Shown here: in pieces, positions 10,891-19,225 of the stretch
Position numbering within the stretch: position 1 is the first letter of the stretch
How the letters are laid out: each line of letters opens with the position of its first letter
Virus record (IMG/VR): IMGVR_UViG_2905639403_000004
Location: 9,376 to 73,375 of that record
Reading direction: 5' to 3' (one strand)
DNA length: 64,000 bases
DNA from: a virus
Lineage: Duplodnaviria > Caudoviricetes
Program-made: the position numbers and the translations under genes
Notes under the pieces: model-generated
Told to the model about the DNA's origin: nothing
The model's input: the letters and a program-made list of their open reading frames with translations, nothing else
The model's database searches: none

Positions 10891-11385
10891 TTATTTTTTG
10901 TGAGCGAGAATCCATGCTGATATTTTTTCTCGTGTCCATTTTGTCGCAGTGTCAAGATTTTCTATTCGTGATTGTGATTTATATATCTTGTCCTCTAGCT
11001 GTGTCTTCCAATAGTGACAGCCTTTGCACAGCACCCATAGGTTGTCATGATCTAAGCACTTGCTTCTGTCAACTCTCAAAGGCACGATGTGATCAGTGAC
11101 TAGATAGCCAGGCTTGTCATAGGTCTTGCCACAACATGCGCAAGTGAAGTAGGCATGAGCCTTAGCATCACGTGCGGTGTGTTCCCATATCTTAGACTTA
11201 TAGAATGCAGCAGACTCTTTGTCGCGCTTGTACTTGTCATAGTACGATGTGTCACGTTTAACGTGCTTTGCGACATCAGCATAGTTAGGCTTATACAGGG
11301 ATGCGTGCTTAGCGCAGTATGGATTCTCTTGGCTATAAGGGATTACATTGTTACATCCAGCCTTGCGGCATACCTTCACACGCAT
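10891..11385 (-). CDS. Packaging-associated HNH endonuclease
   Basis: DHIVP...NLWVLCKGCH, upstream of terS. Confidence 0.9.
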   Translation of the reverse strand: MRVKVCRKAGCNNVIPYSQENPYCAKHASLYKPNYADVAKHVKRDTSYYDKYKRDKESAAFYKSKIWEHTARDAKAHAYFTCACCGKTYDKPGYLVTDHIVPLRVDRSKCLDHDNLWVLCKGCHYWKTQLEDKIYKSQSRIENLDTATKWTREKISAWILAHKK

Positions 11386-11395
11386 GTGCTAGTCC

Positions 11396-11554
11396 TCATT
11401 TAGTCCAATGACGATTGCCAATACTATAAACCAAAATCACCGCAGCAATAACAACTATTGCTGGCATGAATACTAGCAGCCAAATCCATGCAATCAAGCC
11501 GAATAGCTTGGCCAGCACTAATATTAGTGTGAGCAGTAATAAGAAATTTAACAT
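11396..11554 (-). CDS. Small membrane protein
   Basis: Hydrophobic MLNFLLLL... with GGAGG RBS. Confidence 0.55.
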   Translation of the reverse strand: MLNFLLLLTLILVLAKLFGLIAWIWLLVFMPAIVVIAAVILVYSIGNRHWTK

Positions 11555-11555
11555 G

Positions 11556-12050
11556 CTAAATCCTCCCACGATATCGCGCTTGCTTGTGATGATAGTCATT
11601 CAGCGCTTTGTCTAGCTTTGCAATGAACGACTTGCTGAATTTTAGATCATCAGATAGCGTGACGCCTTTGATCTTGGTAGACATTCCAGCCTTGATATCT
11701 TTTAACTGATCCAAGATTGGATGAGTGTCTATATGAATCGGAGTGTTGATATTTTCGATTGGTTCGTCAACCGGCTTGAATTTCTTGTCGAAGTCTTCCT
11801 GACTCATTGCATGCACCACATATCCACACAGGTCACTGTAGTCAGCCACAAGCATATCGCCTTGTTTCACAAAATGCTGATCATTTCCTTCTCCAAATGT
11901 AGTAACGACATGGTTGTCATAGCGAACGTTAACTCTAATTGGGATACCGTTCTCTTTAAACTCGTTGCTGACGAACTTACCTACGTCTTCGCAATCTTCC
12001 GGCACCTTGATTGCAATGTATTCCTTTGGCCGTTTCACTACTTTAAGCAT
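11556..12050 (-). CDS. Hypothetical phage protein
   Basis: ORF with AGGAGG RBS. Confidence 0.65.
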   Translation of the reverse strand: MLKVVKRPKEYIAIKVPEDCEDVGKFVSNEFKENGIPIRVNVRYDNHVVTTFGEGNDQHFVKQGDMLVADYSDLCGYVVHAMSQEDFDKKFKPVDEPIENINTPIHIDTHPILDQLKDIKAGMSTKIKGVTLSDDLKFSKSFIAKLDKALNDYHHKQARYRGRI

Positions 12051-12062
12051 GCATAATTCCTC

Positions 12063-12388
12063 CTAAGATAATATGATTGTCGAATAGGAACCGTTACCGT
12101 CAATATTTAGACTAGTAACATCCCATCCTGATTTATTTAGCAAACTGATTACTTCATTAACGACTGCTGGATTGTACTTGGCAACGCTAATTGAGATTGG
12201 GGATGTAGTATTGATTCCTTGATTAATGGCATCGTTCACATCAGCAATCAGACTGTCTTTGTATTTCTTAGTTGCATTGGCACGAGTTGGTAGGGATCCT
12301 TCCATTTTTGGTAGCACTGGTGCTGGTGGAGGCAACTGACGGTGAGAAAATTGCCTACTTTGGCTTTTAGCATTATTTGAGAGCATAT
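12063..12388 (-). CDS. Hypothetical phage protein
   Basis: ORF; GGAGG RBS before MLSNN, though an upstream start at 12485 is possible. Confidence 0.55.
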
Positions 12389-12488
12389 GTTTCCCTCCGT
12401 GTATTGTTTCCCTTGATAGCTCTTCAATGATTTTTTGCTCCGTGCGGCTAACGTAGCCATAGCTAACACGTTTCATACCTGACATGAC

Positions 12489-13019
12489 TTACACCGCCAA
12501 CTCGAAGGAAAAACCTCCGTGATATTTGCGCTTGCCACGAAGACACTTAGATACAGCGCTTCGGTCTAGTCCAAGAAGTTCCGCGGCTTTTCTGGCACTT
12601 TCAAAGAAATAGCGATGTCCCGAGCCACTTACCGCATAGATTGGACGCTCGTTTGCCTTTGCCGCGCGCTCGGTGCGAGTACCGTAATTGGTATTATATA
12701 ATGCTGTACACCACTCAAGATTTTCAACTAAGTTGTTGCCTTTGTCCTCGTCCATGTGATTGACTTCTGGCAAGTTGTCGGGATTGTCTAAAAATGCTGC
12801 GGCTACCAAGCGATGAATGAACACTTGCTTTATGCTTCTGTCCCAATATAAATTGACCTTGAGGTACCCGTTTCTATTTGGAAAGCTGGCGATCATCTTC
12901 CCTTTTAAGCGGCGTCCTTGTGCGTCTTCGCGATCAAGGCTTCTTACTCTGCCCATATTGCTAACTTGGTATAGTCCCTCAAAGCCTTCAATATCTTTCC
13001 AAATTTCAGTTGAGTTCAT
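12489..13019 (-). CDS. NUMOD4-HNH homing endonuclease
   Basis: EIWKDI...YQVSNMGRVRS, HRLVA, VNH..NN..NLEW. Confidence 0.92.
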   Translation of the reverse strand: MNSTEIWKDIEGFEGLYQVSNMGRVRSLDREDAQGRRLKGKMIASFPNRNGYLKVNLYWDRSIKQVFIHRLVAAAFLDNPDNLPEVNHMDEDKGNNLVENLEWCTALYNTNYGTRTERAAKANERPIYAVSGSGHRYFFESARKAAELLGLDRSAVSKCLRGKRKYHGGFSFELAV

Positions 13020-14223
13020 AAGTACACCTCAATCTTTCGTCGTCATAAACGAACGCATACAGCAAATGCTTGCCCGTGGTGAAGCCATTCTTAATCTCAT
13101 AGGGATCATTTGGTTTCGCAGTTCCAAGCTGGCGCCACATAATGCCACGATCATCTTTAAACCGCTCGCTATGATAGTGGCCTGAGTGAAGTTCGTATGT
13201 TTTTGCCATATTGAATATCTTTTTGTACTCAAATGGAAAAAGCCCTGTCAGCTTGTCCTTGGCTACATCTCCATGGGCGAGCATAATGCCAACATGCCCT
13301 AGCAAGTATGCACAGCGCCAGTCGGTTGCCAAATTACTGTCATTGAGATCAACGTGGACTTGTGGATAGCGATCTATCAGCGCATAAAGAAAAGCGTATT
13401 CGAGATCACCTGAATGGTTACCGAACACGCTCTTGATTGAGACGCGATTGCTATATTCAATTGCCAGCGGAATAATCTGATCAAACAACTTCACAGCATC
13501 ATGGAATGCCTGACGCATGTTTGCGTGATCTAGTTGCGTTCCTCTAACCGTTTGTGTTACATGAATCTGATCACTATGGAATAGATCTCCCAATTGCTCG
13601 ATCACAATTTCGTTGTAGCCGTCCATGATGATCTCTCTAAGTTGACTCACCATGTCTTTTAGATCGGCGAATGTTGTCCAGCCAAAATGCAGGTCAGGCA
13701 ATGGGATGACTAAGTTGCGATCGCCCGATTTCTTCATGCCGTAATTGACCGGAATGATTTTGCCGTTGAATGCTTCAGCCATTTCACTTATCGATAAGCC
13801 TTGTTTCGGCTTTACGCGAATATGAATGCTGTACTGCGGAACTGTGCCATTTTCGGTACTATGCTGCTCATACACTTTGTAGTCGCCTAAGACCATCTCG
13901 AACTTATCAGGATCGTATCCACACAACTCCATCAAAGTCCGTGGGTCTTTATTTGGCTCATGCTTGAGTCTCATTAAGGCCGTGACTGTTTGACTACCAT
14001 CAGCATTAAGAGCTACTTTTCTATCAACGGGTTGGCTCTTTCTATCTGTTTTCGCTGAATCGTATTCATTCTTCAATGGCTTTTGGAACTCGATACCAAG
14101 CCGTCTTGCTTTGCCTTGAAGCGCATCATAGCTAATCCCGAGTTTGTCGGCTGTCTCGCGTCTGGTAAAGCCTTCAGAGGCGAGCTTCCTAATGTCACCA
14201 ATCTGTTCATCTGTCCATTGCAT
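13006..14223 (-). CDS. HTH plus calcineurin-like metallophosphoesterase
   Basis: N-terminal HTH; DLH, GD, GNH, HG, GHYH motifs. Confidence 0.85.
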   Translation of the reverse strand: MQWTDEQIGDIRKLASEGFTRRETADKLGISYDALQGKARRLGIEFQKPLKNEYDSAKTDRKSQPVDRKVALNADGSQTVTALMRLKHEPNKDPRTLMELCGYDPDKFEMVLGDYKVYEQHSTENGTVPQYSIHIRVKPKQGLSISEMAEAFNGKIIPVNYGMKKSGDRNLVIPLPDLHFGWTTFADLKDMVSQLREIIMDGYNEIVIEQLGDLFHSDQIHVTQTVRGTQLDHANMRQAFHDAVKLFDQIIPLAIEYSNRVSIKSVFGNHSGDLEYAFLYALIDRYPQVHVDLNDSNLATDWRCAYLLGHVGIMLAHGDVAKDKLTGLFPFEYKKIFNMAKTYELHSGHYHSERFKDDRGIMWRQLGTAKPNDPYEIKNGFTTGKHLLYAFVYDDERLRCTYELN

Positions 14224-14246
14224 CTACTCGCCTCCTGAAATATAAT
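14218..14246 (+). promoter_or_regulatory. Sigma70 promoter of sRNA cassette 1
   Basis: TTGCAT-17bp-TATAAT; conserved at 62373-62401. Confidence 0.8.
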
Positions 14247-14251
14247 AATTG

Positions 14252-14326
14252 AGGCACATGCAATCATGTGCTGCTCTTTTCATTTTTATTCCTCAGGCTC
14301 TCGGACTCGACCCCGAGAGCTTTTTT
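14252..14326 (+). ncRNA. Putative sRNA P1-1
   Basis: Promoter, 5' hairpin GCACATG/CATGTGC, CTTTTCATTTTTATTCCTC segment, terminator GCTCTCGG..CCGAGAGC-T6. Confidence 0.65.
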
Positions 14327-14327
14327 G

Positions 14328-14356
14328 TTGCTTAAAAGATTTCAATAAGCTAAAAT
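14328..14356 (+). promoter_or_regulatory. Sigma70 promoter of sRNA cassette 2
   Basis: TTGCTT-17bp-TAAAAT; boxes identical at 62494-62522 while spacer varies. Confidence 0.75.
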
Positions 14357-14361
14357 TAAAT

Positions 14362-14440
14362 TGTTCCCAATAAATACTCATTTTCACTCCTCGGTACTAC
14401 CCCACTCCTTAGCTCTCGGCCCCCAACCGAGGGCTTTTTT
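14362..14440 (+). ncRNA. Putative sRNA P1-2
   Basis: TACTCATTTTCACTCCTC segment; terminator GCTCTCGG..CCGAGGGC-T6. Confidence 0.65.
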
Positions 14441-14475
14441 AGTATCCTTATACACAGGATGTGCTATTATGTAGC

Positions 14476-14578
14476 CATGAGCAGTGGCCTTTCTCCTCCA
14501 AGTCAATCGCTGCTACTCACACAAGTATTTCGTTTTTTCATCCTTTTGGCCCTTGGACTGGTCTCTGAGGGCTTTTTT
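14476..14578 (+). ncRNA. Putative sRNA P1-3
   Basis: Extended -10 TGcTATTAT at 14462-14470; TTTCTCCTCC and CGTTTTTTCATCC segments; terminator GCCCTTGG..CTGAGGGC-T6. Confidence 0.65.
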
Positions 14579-14585
14579 GTTGCAT

Positions 14586-14617
14586 AAAAATAGCACCTCA
14601 CCGGTTGGCGGAGTGCT
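14586..14617 (-). terminator. Intrinsic terminator after moron gene
   Basis: AGCAC..GTGCT hairpin with T-tract on minus strand; similar copy at ~63206-63237. Confidence 0.5.
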
Positions 14618-14750
14618 CGTGTAAATAAAAAGACGCCGTGGCGTCTTGATATCTCACCGATTTGTCTTTCGTTTGATGTCGCTTGATCCGAGATTACAAA
14701 CAGAAAAGCACAAACTAAATATTCCTAGAAAAAGACTAAAAAGAATCATT

Positions 14751-15422
14751 TTATTTCCCTCCATATACGTTCAAATCGCCACTGACTCTTTCATTCAAAT
14801 CCTTGCCGTTCTTTTCTTGGAATTTTTGATTGAACTTTAAGTATTTTGTGGCTAGATCATTCCTCTTCTGCAAAGCATTTCTGTCGTCAAGAAGAACCCG
14901 TCTAACTAAAGCCAATGAATTCATGAAGTCTTCCCGGTCTCCTGCAGTTAGATAGAAAGACTGCTTGTACTTTTTATTTTCAAACAGCTCAGTTACTTTG
15001 GCATTTAATCGATAAATGACATCAGCTAAGTCCTTGCGATAGACTTGGTAATTCATTGAATTGCGTTGAGGCAAACGAGTTATTTGAATATCTTCAATTA
15101 CTTGCAAATTTTGTTTCAAGCTATATATTTGATAGTCAATTTGATTTTTTGTAACGGCTATGTGATCTGACTCTGCAACTTTTCCAGTCAAAATATCAAT
15201 GTCAGTTTCGGCTAGTTTAGAAGAGTTTACCAACGCTTGATTTGACCTTTGCATGTATTCTTCATTTGCTGTCCTATAACTATTCCACGTATTCAAACTG
15301 ATCGCAACCGAAACTATTGATATTATTATTGGAATAATCTTGTCCCACTTTGTCTTCATTACGTGGAATATTCCTAAGACAAAATCACCAATTCGCTCAT
15401 ACAGTGGCAGCTTCACTTTCAA
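14751..15422 (-). CDS. AT-rich membrane-anchored moron protein
   Basis: One N-terminal TM (IIPIIISIVSVAISL), GAGGTG RBS. Confidence 0.7.
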   Translation of the reverse strand: MKVKLPLYERIGDFVLGIFHVMKTKWDKIIPIIISIVSVAISLNTWNSYRTANEEYMQRSNQALVNSSKLAETDIDILTGKVAESDHIAVTKNQIDYQIYSLKQNLQVIEDIQITRLPQRNSMNYQVYRKDLADVIYRLNAKVTELFENKKYKQSFYLTAGDREDFMNSLALVRRVLLDDRNALQKRNDLATKYLKFNQKFQEKNGKDLNERVSGDLNVYGGK

Positions 15423-15429
15423 TCACCTC

Positions 15430-15685
15430 AAAAAAATAGTACTCCAGCGTGAACTGGAATACTACATTGAGGTGATATCTGTGCTTCATATGTCTGCTGC
15501 TCGCTCTCCCAGTGTCAGATAGGGTCATCGCAAGCTGTGTCCGGTCGCTAAACTGGACAATGTGGCATGCGGGAATCGAACCCACCTGACTATCTCAGCC
15601 AGTCCTCATTGCCACGCCTTGCCACAGCTTTATCATCACTGAGGCTCGGAGGAAAAACGCGGTGTCTCAGGTTTCTCACCTTTGG
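15430..15685 (-). ncRNA. Structured late leader RNA containing a D-armless tRNA-like element (15562-15615)
   Basis: GTGGCA/TGCCAC stem, T arm GTGGG-TTCGATT-CCCGC, further hairpins, terminator TAGTATTCCAG..CTGGAGTACTA-T. Confidence 0.5.
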
Positions 15686-15738
15686 CACAATACCATCATA
15701 TGACGGAAAAACAGTTGAAAGGTCTCACAAAGGTCTCA
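15683..15738 (-). promoter_or_regulatory. ArpU-dependent late promoter with direct repeats
   Basis: TGAGACCTTT x2 upstream of TATGAT -10; core matches 63541-63565. Confidence 0.6.
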
Positions 15739-16162
15739 TCTCGATTTCAACCAATGGACAAATCTCAGCGAATGCGATTAGCGCTTCTCGTTTTGTTCGA
15801 TAATACTGGGCTTTTGATAAAAACAGCTTGTCCATTATTTGCTGGTCACTATATCGTTTGGTTAAGTAAGAACTTGTTAATATAAGCCGATGATTCGCTG
15901 AATCCAGAGATTCGATAGCACCTTCACAGCACGCTATATAGTACAGCTCGTCAGCGTGCGATACGAGCTTTTCCTCGGCTTTGTTGCCATAGCTAGGTGA
16001 CTTGGGCATGCCGTCCATCACGGGGCTTCTGAGCGCTATTTTGGTGCGTTGAGCGAGCCGCTTGTGATGCCAGTAGTTCCCCAAGACCTCTTTGGCGTTT
16101 TCAATTGTTTTGTCATGATCAATTGGGCTAAAATATCTCGTTGCTCGCACCACTGCGTCCAC
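15725..16162 (-). CDS. ArpU-family late transcriptional activator
   Basis: SPVMDGMPK, YYRTKREALIAFAE. Confidence 0.9.
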   Translation of the reverse strand: MDAVVRATRYFSPIDHDKTIENAKEVLGNYWHHKRLAQRTKIALRSPVMDGMPKSPSYGNKAEEKLVSHADELYYIACCEGAIESLDSANHRLILTSSYLTKRYSDQQIMDKLFLSKAQYYRTKREALIAFAEICPLVEIEMRPL

Positions 16163-16234
16163 TCCTTATGGTTTGATTTGGTTGGGTTTGTAGGATAAGC
16201 GTGCCTTCGTGGTGCGCTTTTGTTATACTGTTTG

Positions 16235-16324
16235 TGAAGATGGTGGCTTAAGTTCCATTATTCAAAAGCCATGTATTGCATAAAAGTCCCTGTCTTCCAC
16301 CCGTCGCTAATCCGGCGGTTTTTT
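16235..16324 (+). ncRNA. Putative sRNA P1-A
   Basis: TGtTATACT at 16221-16229, paired ends, terminator CCGTCG-CTAATC-CGGCGG-T6. Confidence 0.55.
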
Positions 16325-16337
16325 GTTATACTGTCTT

Positions 16338-16421
16338 CGGAGGCCCACTCCAAAATGACTATTACCCTGGTGCAATTCACACACTGGCCTCCGGCGCGTC
16401 CCTAATCAGGCGCGCTTTTTT
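16338..16421 (+). ncRNA. Putative sRNA P1-B
   Basis: TGtTATACT at 16324-16332, CGGAGGCC/GGCCTCCG stem, terminator GCGCG..CTAATC..CGCGC-T6. Confidence 0.55.
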
Positions 16422-16647
16422 ATTTGCTTTCAGGAGGCCGAATGAGCTCCCATGGATCAATCCCAGCTCCATCTGCGATTTTATCTAAGGTGTTAAGTGA
16501 AACACTGCCCTTCCCAGAGATTGCATATTGAAGCGTGTTGATGGGTATTCCGATCTCTTTTGCATATTTTGCTTGTGTCATGTTCAGATCGTATATATTC
16601 TTCCTAAGGTTTTCGGACAATGCTCGTTTGCTGTCCAATCTGCTCAT
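16420..16647 (-). CDS. XRE-family HTH protein
   Basis: MTQAKYAKEIGI..SLNTLDKIA. Confidence 0.8.
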   Translation of the reverse strand: MSRLDSKRALSENLRKNIYDLNMTQAKYAKEIGIPINTLQYAISGKGSVSLNTLDKIADGAGIDPWELIRPPESK

Positions 16648-16718
16648 CTCCTAATGCTTGTTTTTCCAGTTAGCCCACATCCACATTGCAGCACCTGAGA
16701 TTAGCAGCATGACGGCAA

Positions 16719-17006
16719 TCATTGCTTTGCTTCCAGCCTGCGTCCGCACATCGGACAATAATTAATCACGATTGGATCATCGACCTCAGCATTATCAAAG
16801 CCAACAGCTTCGCATGTGTGTATTGCTGCACCGTTTATTTTTTCAGGCTCGATTCTATCCCATTCATTTCCACCAGTCATACCGATTCGAAAAAAGTTGC
16901 CAAGTTCTGATTCAATGAGCTTATGTGGTTCATGACAATATGGACAGTTTTTCTGGTTCTCCGTAAAGGAGGTCGGATTCGACCCCTTTTCCACTTTTTC
17001 AGTCAT
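16719..17006 (-). CDS. Zinc-binding phage protein
   Basis: CPYC ... CPMCGR. Confidence 0.7.
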   Translation of the reverse strand: MTEKVEKGSNPTSFTENQKNCPYCHEPHKLIESELGNFFRIGMTGGNEWDRIEPEKINGAAIHTCEAVGFDNAEVDDPIVINYCPMCGRRLEAKQ

Positions 17007-17374
17007 TGCTTTCCCTCCAGTAGCTGTTTGTCTTCAAAAATGTTGCCAATGACCTCTAGAGTTTTGCCAGATCCAATCGTTCCAAAATAATAATCACCAA
17101 CACCAAAAGCAGCATATCTAGGATCGTATTGAACCTCCATTACTTTCCCATATTCGTTTTTCACGATATCGCCTTCGTAGATTTCCCGCCCGTTCTTGTC
17201 GTGGCGGCCAACGTACTGCATCAAATGGGCTTCTTCGTCAATTAGTTCAATGCCATTTTTGCCATCATCAGCAGTTACCCAAATACGGCCATCAATATCC
17301 CATTCAATATTACTGACTGGATATATTTTGTGGTTGTGACTGCTATACGCTCTGAACTTAATCTCTCGTTTCAT
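17003..17374 (-). CDS. YopX family protein
   Basis: REIKFRA, DKNGREIYEGDIV, EVIGNIFE. Confidence 0.9.
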   Translation of the reverse strand: MKREIKFRAYSSHNHKIYPVSNIEWDIDGRIWVTADDGKNGIELIDEEAHLMQYVGRHDKNGREIYEGDIVKNEYGKVMEVQYDPRYAAFGVGDYYFGTIGSGKTLEVIGNIFEDKQLLEGKQ

Positions 17375-17481
17375 TTCTCCGCCTCCAGTTTCACGATTTC
17401 TTCCATGTTCCACATTGCTAAATACATCCTGGCTTTCCTTCCGCAGCGCCGCTTGGTGTATGTCTTCATGGTGATGTACTC

Positions 17482-17691
17482 CTACTCAAATTCGATTGCT
17501 GGTATGTTCAGGTGCTCAATCAAGCCGAGGCGTTCCAACCGCTCATAGTTGAGACGCTCGCAGTATAAATCTGCTTCGTACTGAGACCTGAATTCCTTGA
17601 TTTTGGTTTCGCCATTGCGGCCCACAATCTTGAATTTCATTTTTTTATCAATCCTCTCCAGTTGGCTCATTTCTTCAAAATGTTTACTCAT
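17482..17691 (-). CDS. Hypothetical phage protein
   Basis: ORF with GGAGG RBS. Confidence 0.65.
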   Translation of the reverse strand: MSKHFEEMSQLERIDKKMKFKIVGRNGETKIKEFRSQYEADLYCERLNYERLERLGLIEHLNIPAIEFE

Positions 17692-18080
17692 TTTTCTTCC
17701 TCCAATTTCACGATTTCGCCGGTTTCCTCAACGCGCCAGGAACCTAGCAGCCAAGCACGGGCGAAAGCATTGCTTGAGCTGATAATCCAGCTTTCCACAT
17801 CATCCGTTAGTTTTTTAAACCCTTGACTGTGAATGAATTTGAAGCTGTACATCATGTAGAGCTGAATATCGTATGACTTACCCCACTGGATGTATTCACT
17901 AACTGCTTCCGGAATCACCGGCAGATCATCTGGCAAGGCGGCAGCGTAACGAGCACTATAATCAGACAGGCTTTCCGACCAATCTTCAAATGACCCGTCC
18001 CTAGGCAAACTACTAATAAAATTTTGTTTCCAGTCGTCTAGTACCACCTTGAACACGTCCCGCTTCGTCTCATTGCTCAT
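17688..18080 (-). CDS. DUF1642-like protein
   Basis: PVIPEAVSEYI..FARAWL. Confidence 0.75.
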   Translation of the reverse strand: MSNETKRDVFKVVLDDWKQNFISSLPRDGSFEDWSESLSDYSARYAAALPDDLPVIPEAVSEYIQWGKSYDIQLYMMYSFKFIHSQGFKKLTDDVESWIISSSNAFARAWLLGSWRVEETGEIVKLEEEK

Positions 18081-18585
18081 CGTCAGTCACCTCTTCTTTC
18101 TCGCAGTCTTGCAAACCGTAATGTTCGATCTCTGCTTCGGTGAACTTGCCGCGAAGTTTTTTATCCGCTGGGCAAATCGTCAGCAAATATACTTCACTAT
18201 CCTTGTAATACCAAACATCTTTGGTATGTGGATCCTTGACGTTGTATTTCTTATCCTTTGCCACGGTGTAGCCGTTGACGTAAGCTTCCATAATCAATTT
18301 TTCATCATCAGAACAGAAAGTGTGACGAACAATATAGCTTGCTGGCCATGCCTCATCACGTGCGACTTCAACGATTTCGGCTTGCTCTTTGGTTAGCACT
18401 ACCTTTTCAGGCTCCTCAATCAAAGTGACAACGTGGCCACCATAATAATTAGCCATAGCCTCAGCACTATCTTCGCTGACCAGAACCGGACAATACGATT
18501 TGGACAATGGCAGAAATTTTGCATTTTCACAGTCAAAATATTTTCCTACATCGTTCTTTACCGCGTACAGTTTTTCTTTGCTCAT
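18070..18585 (-). CDS. DUF1642-like protein
   Basis: EAYVNGYTV, KFTEAEI. Confidence 0.7.
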   Translation of the reverse strand: MSKEKLYAVKNDVGKYFDCENAKFLPLSKSYCPVLVSEDSAEAMANYYGGHVVTLIEEPEKVVLTKEQAEIVEVARDEAWPASYIVRHTFCSDDEKLIMEAYVNGYTVAKDKKYNVKDPHTKDVWYYKDSEVYLLTICPADKKLRGKFTEAEIEHYGLQDCEKEEVTDDEQ

Positions 18586-18821
18586 TTTTCTTTCTCGAAT
18601 TTTCTACCACACATTGGACAATAATTTATAGCAATTCCTCTTTGATAGACAATATCAGGTAAGCCAATACTAACAGTCAATTCATGCCCACTATCTTGCC
18701 GCATTAGTCCCACAAGAAGAAAACGTAAATGTTTATCTGCAAAGTTTGTCTCTTCATACATTTTAAGTTGCGAACTGTAAGCATACTTATCTCTAAATTT
18801 ACAATATTCACATTCGCTCAT
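18582..18821 (-). CDS. Zinc-binding phage protein
   Basis: CEYC ... CPMCGR. Confidence 0.65.
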   Translation of the reverse strand: MSECEYCKFRDKYAYSSQLKMYEETNFADKHLRFLLVGLMRQDSGHELTVSIGLPDIVYQRGIAINYCPMCGRKFEKEK

Positions 18822-19225
18822 TTTTCGTCCTCCAACTTGTGTAAGATGTTCATGCTATGAATGTGTGCCAGCGTATCATCAAGTTCCTCTTGCGAATGGA
18901 TTAATGGAATGCTAAAGTGCGCGTCATCTCCCTTGTATTCTTCTGGAATATGATGGCCAATGTCATATGCTGTGTGGCAACGACCATCCGGTGTACCATC
19001 TAACACGATGACTGCAATGTCATTTGACGGCTCCCATTCAACAATCATCAAGTTAGGAATCTTAAAGATTTCCCGTGCGTAATTGCAAAGCACGATATTG
19101 TACTTTCGGAAGTTTTCATGATCATTGTCAACTAAGCAGTTACGCGTAACCATCGCCAACTGATATAGCCCCTGATTCCAGTCATAGTGGTCATGTGGCA
19201 ATGCAAATGCTGCTGTTACTTTCAT
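18818..19225 (-). CDS. Hypothetical phage protein
   Basis: ORF with GGAGG RBS. Confidence 0.65.
   Translation of the reverse strand: MKVTAAFALPHDHYDWNQGLYQLAMVTRNCLVDNDHENFRKYNIVLCNYAREIFKIPNLMIVEWEPSNDIAVIVLDGTPDGRCHTAYDIGHHIPEEYKGDDAHFSIPLIHSQEELDDTLAHIHSMNILHKLEDEK

Noticed and set aside
10800-10895. cos site of prophage 1
   Set aside because: Probably in this interval, but the exact sequence cannot be assigned from sequence alone.
14224-14541. Minus-strand micro-ORFs using the RBS/ATG-like segments (MKKRNTCVSSSD, MSIYWEQFNF..., MKRAAHD...)
   Set aside because: Differences between the two prophage copies are mostly non-synonymous and ORF lengths change, while plus-strand promoters and terminators are conserved. 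Disfavoured but not fully excluded without ribosome profiling.
14297-14578. CRISPR array interpretation of the repeated hairpins
   Set aside because: Repeats are degenerate terminators with T tracts, spacing of 115-137 bp is too long, and no cas genes are present.
15562-15615. Canonical tRNA gene
   Set aside because: Only 54 nt, no D arm, 5-nt loop in the anticodon-position hairpin.
16637-17703. In-window targets of the sRNAs (TCTGCTCAT at the 16647 start; TACTCATTTT..TCCTC at the 17691 start)
   Set aside because: Matches are 9-10 nt of generic RBS/ATG sequence and could arise by chance; one lies within the sRNA's own stem.
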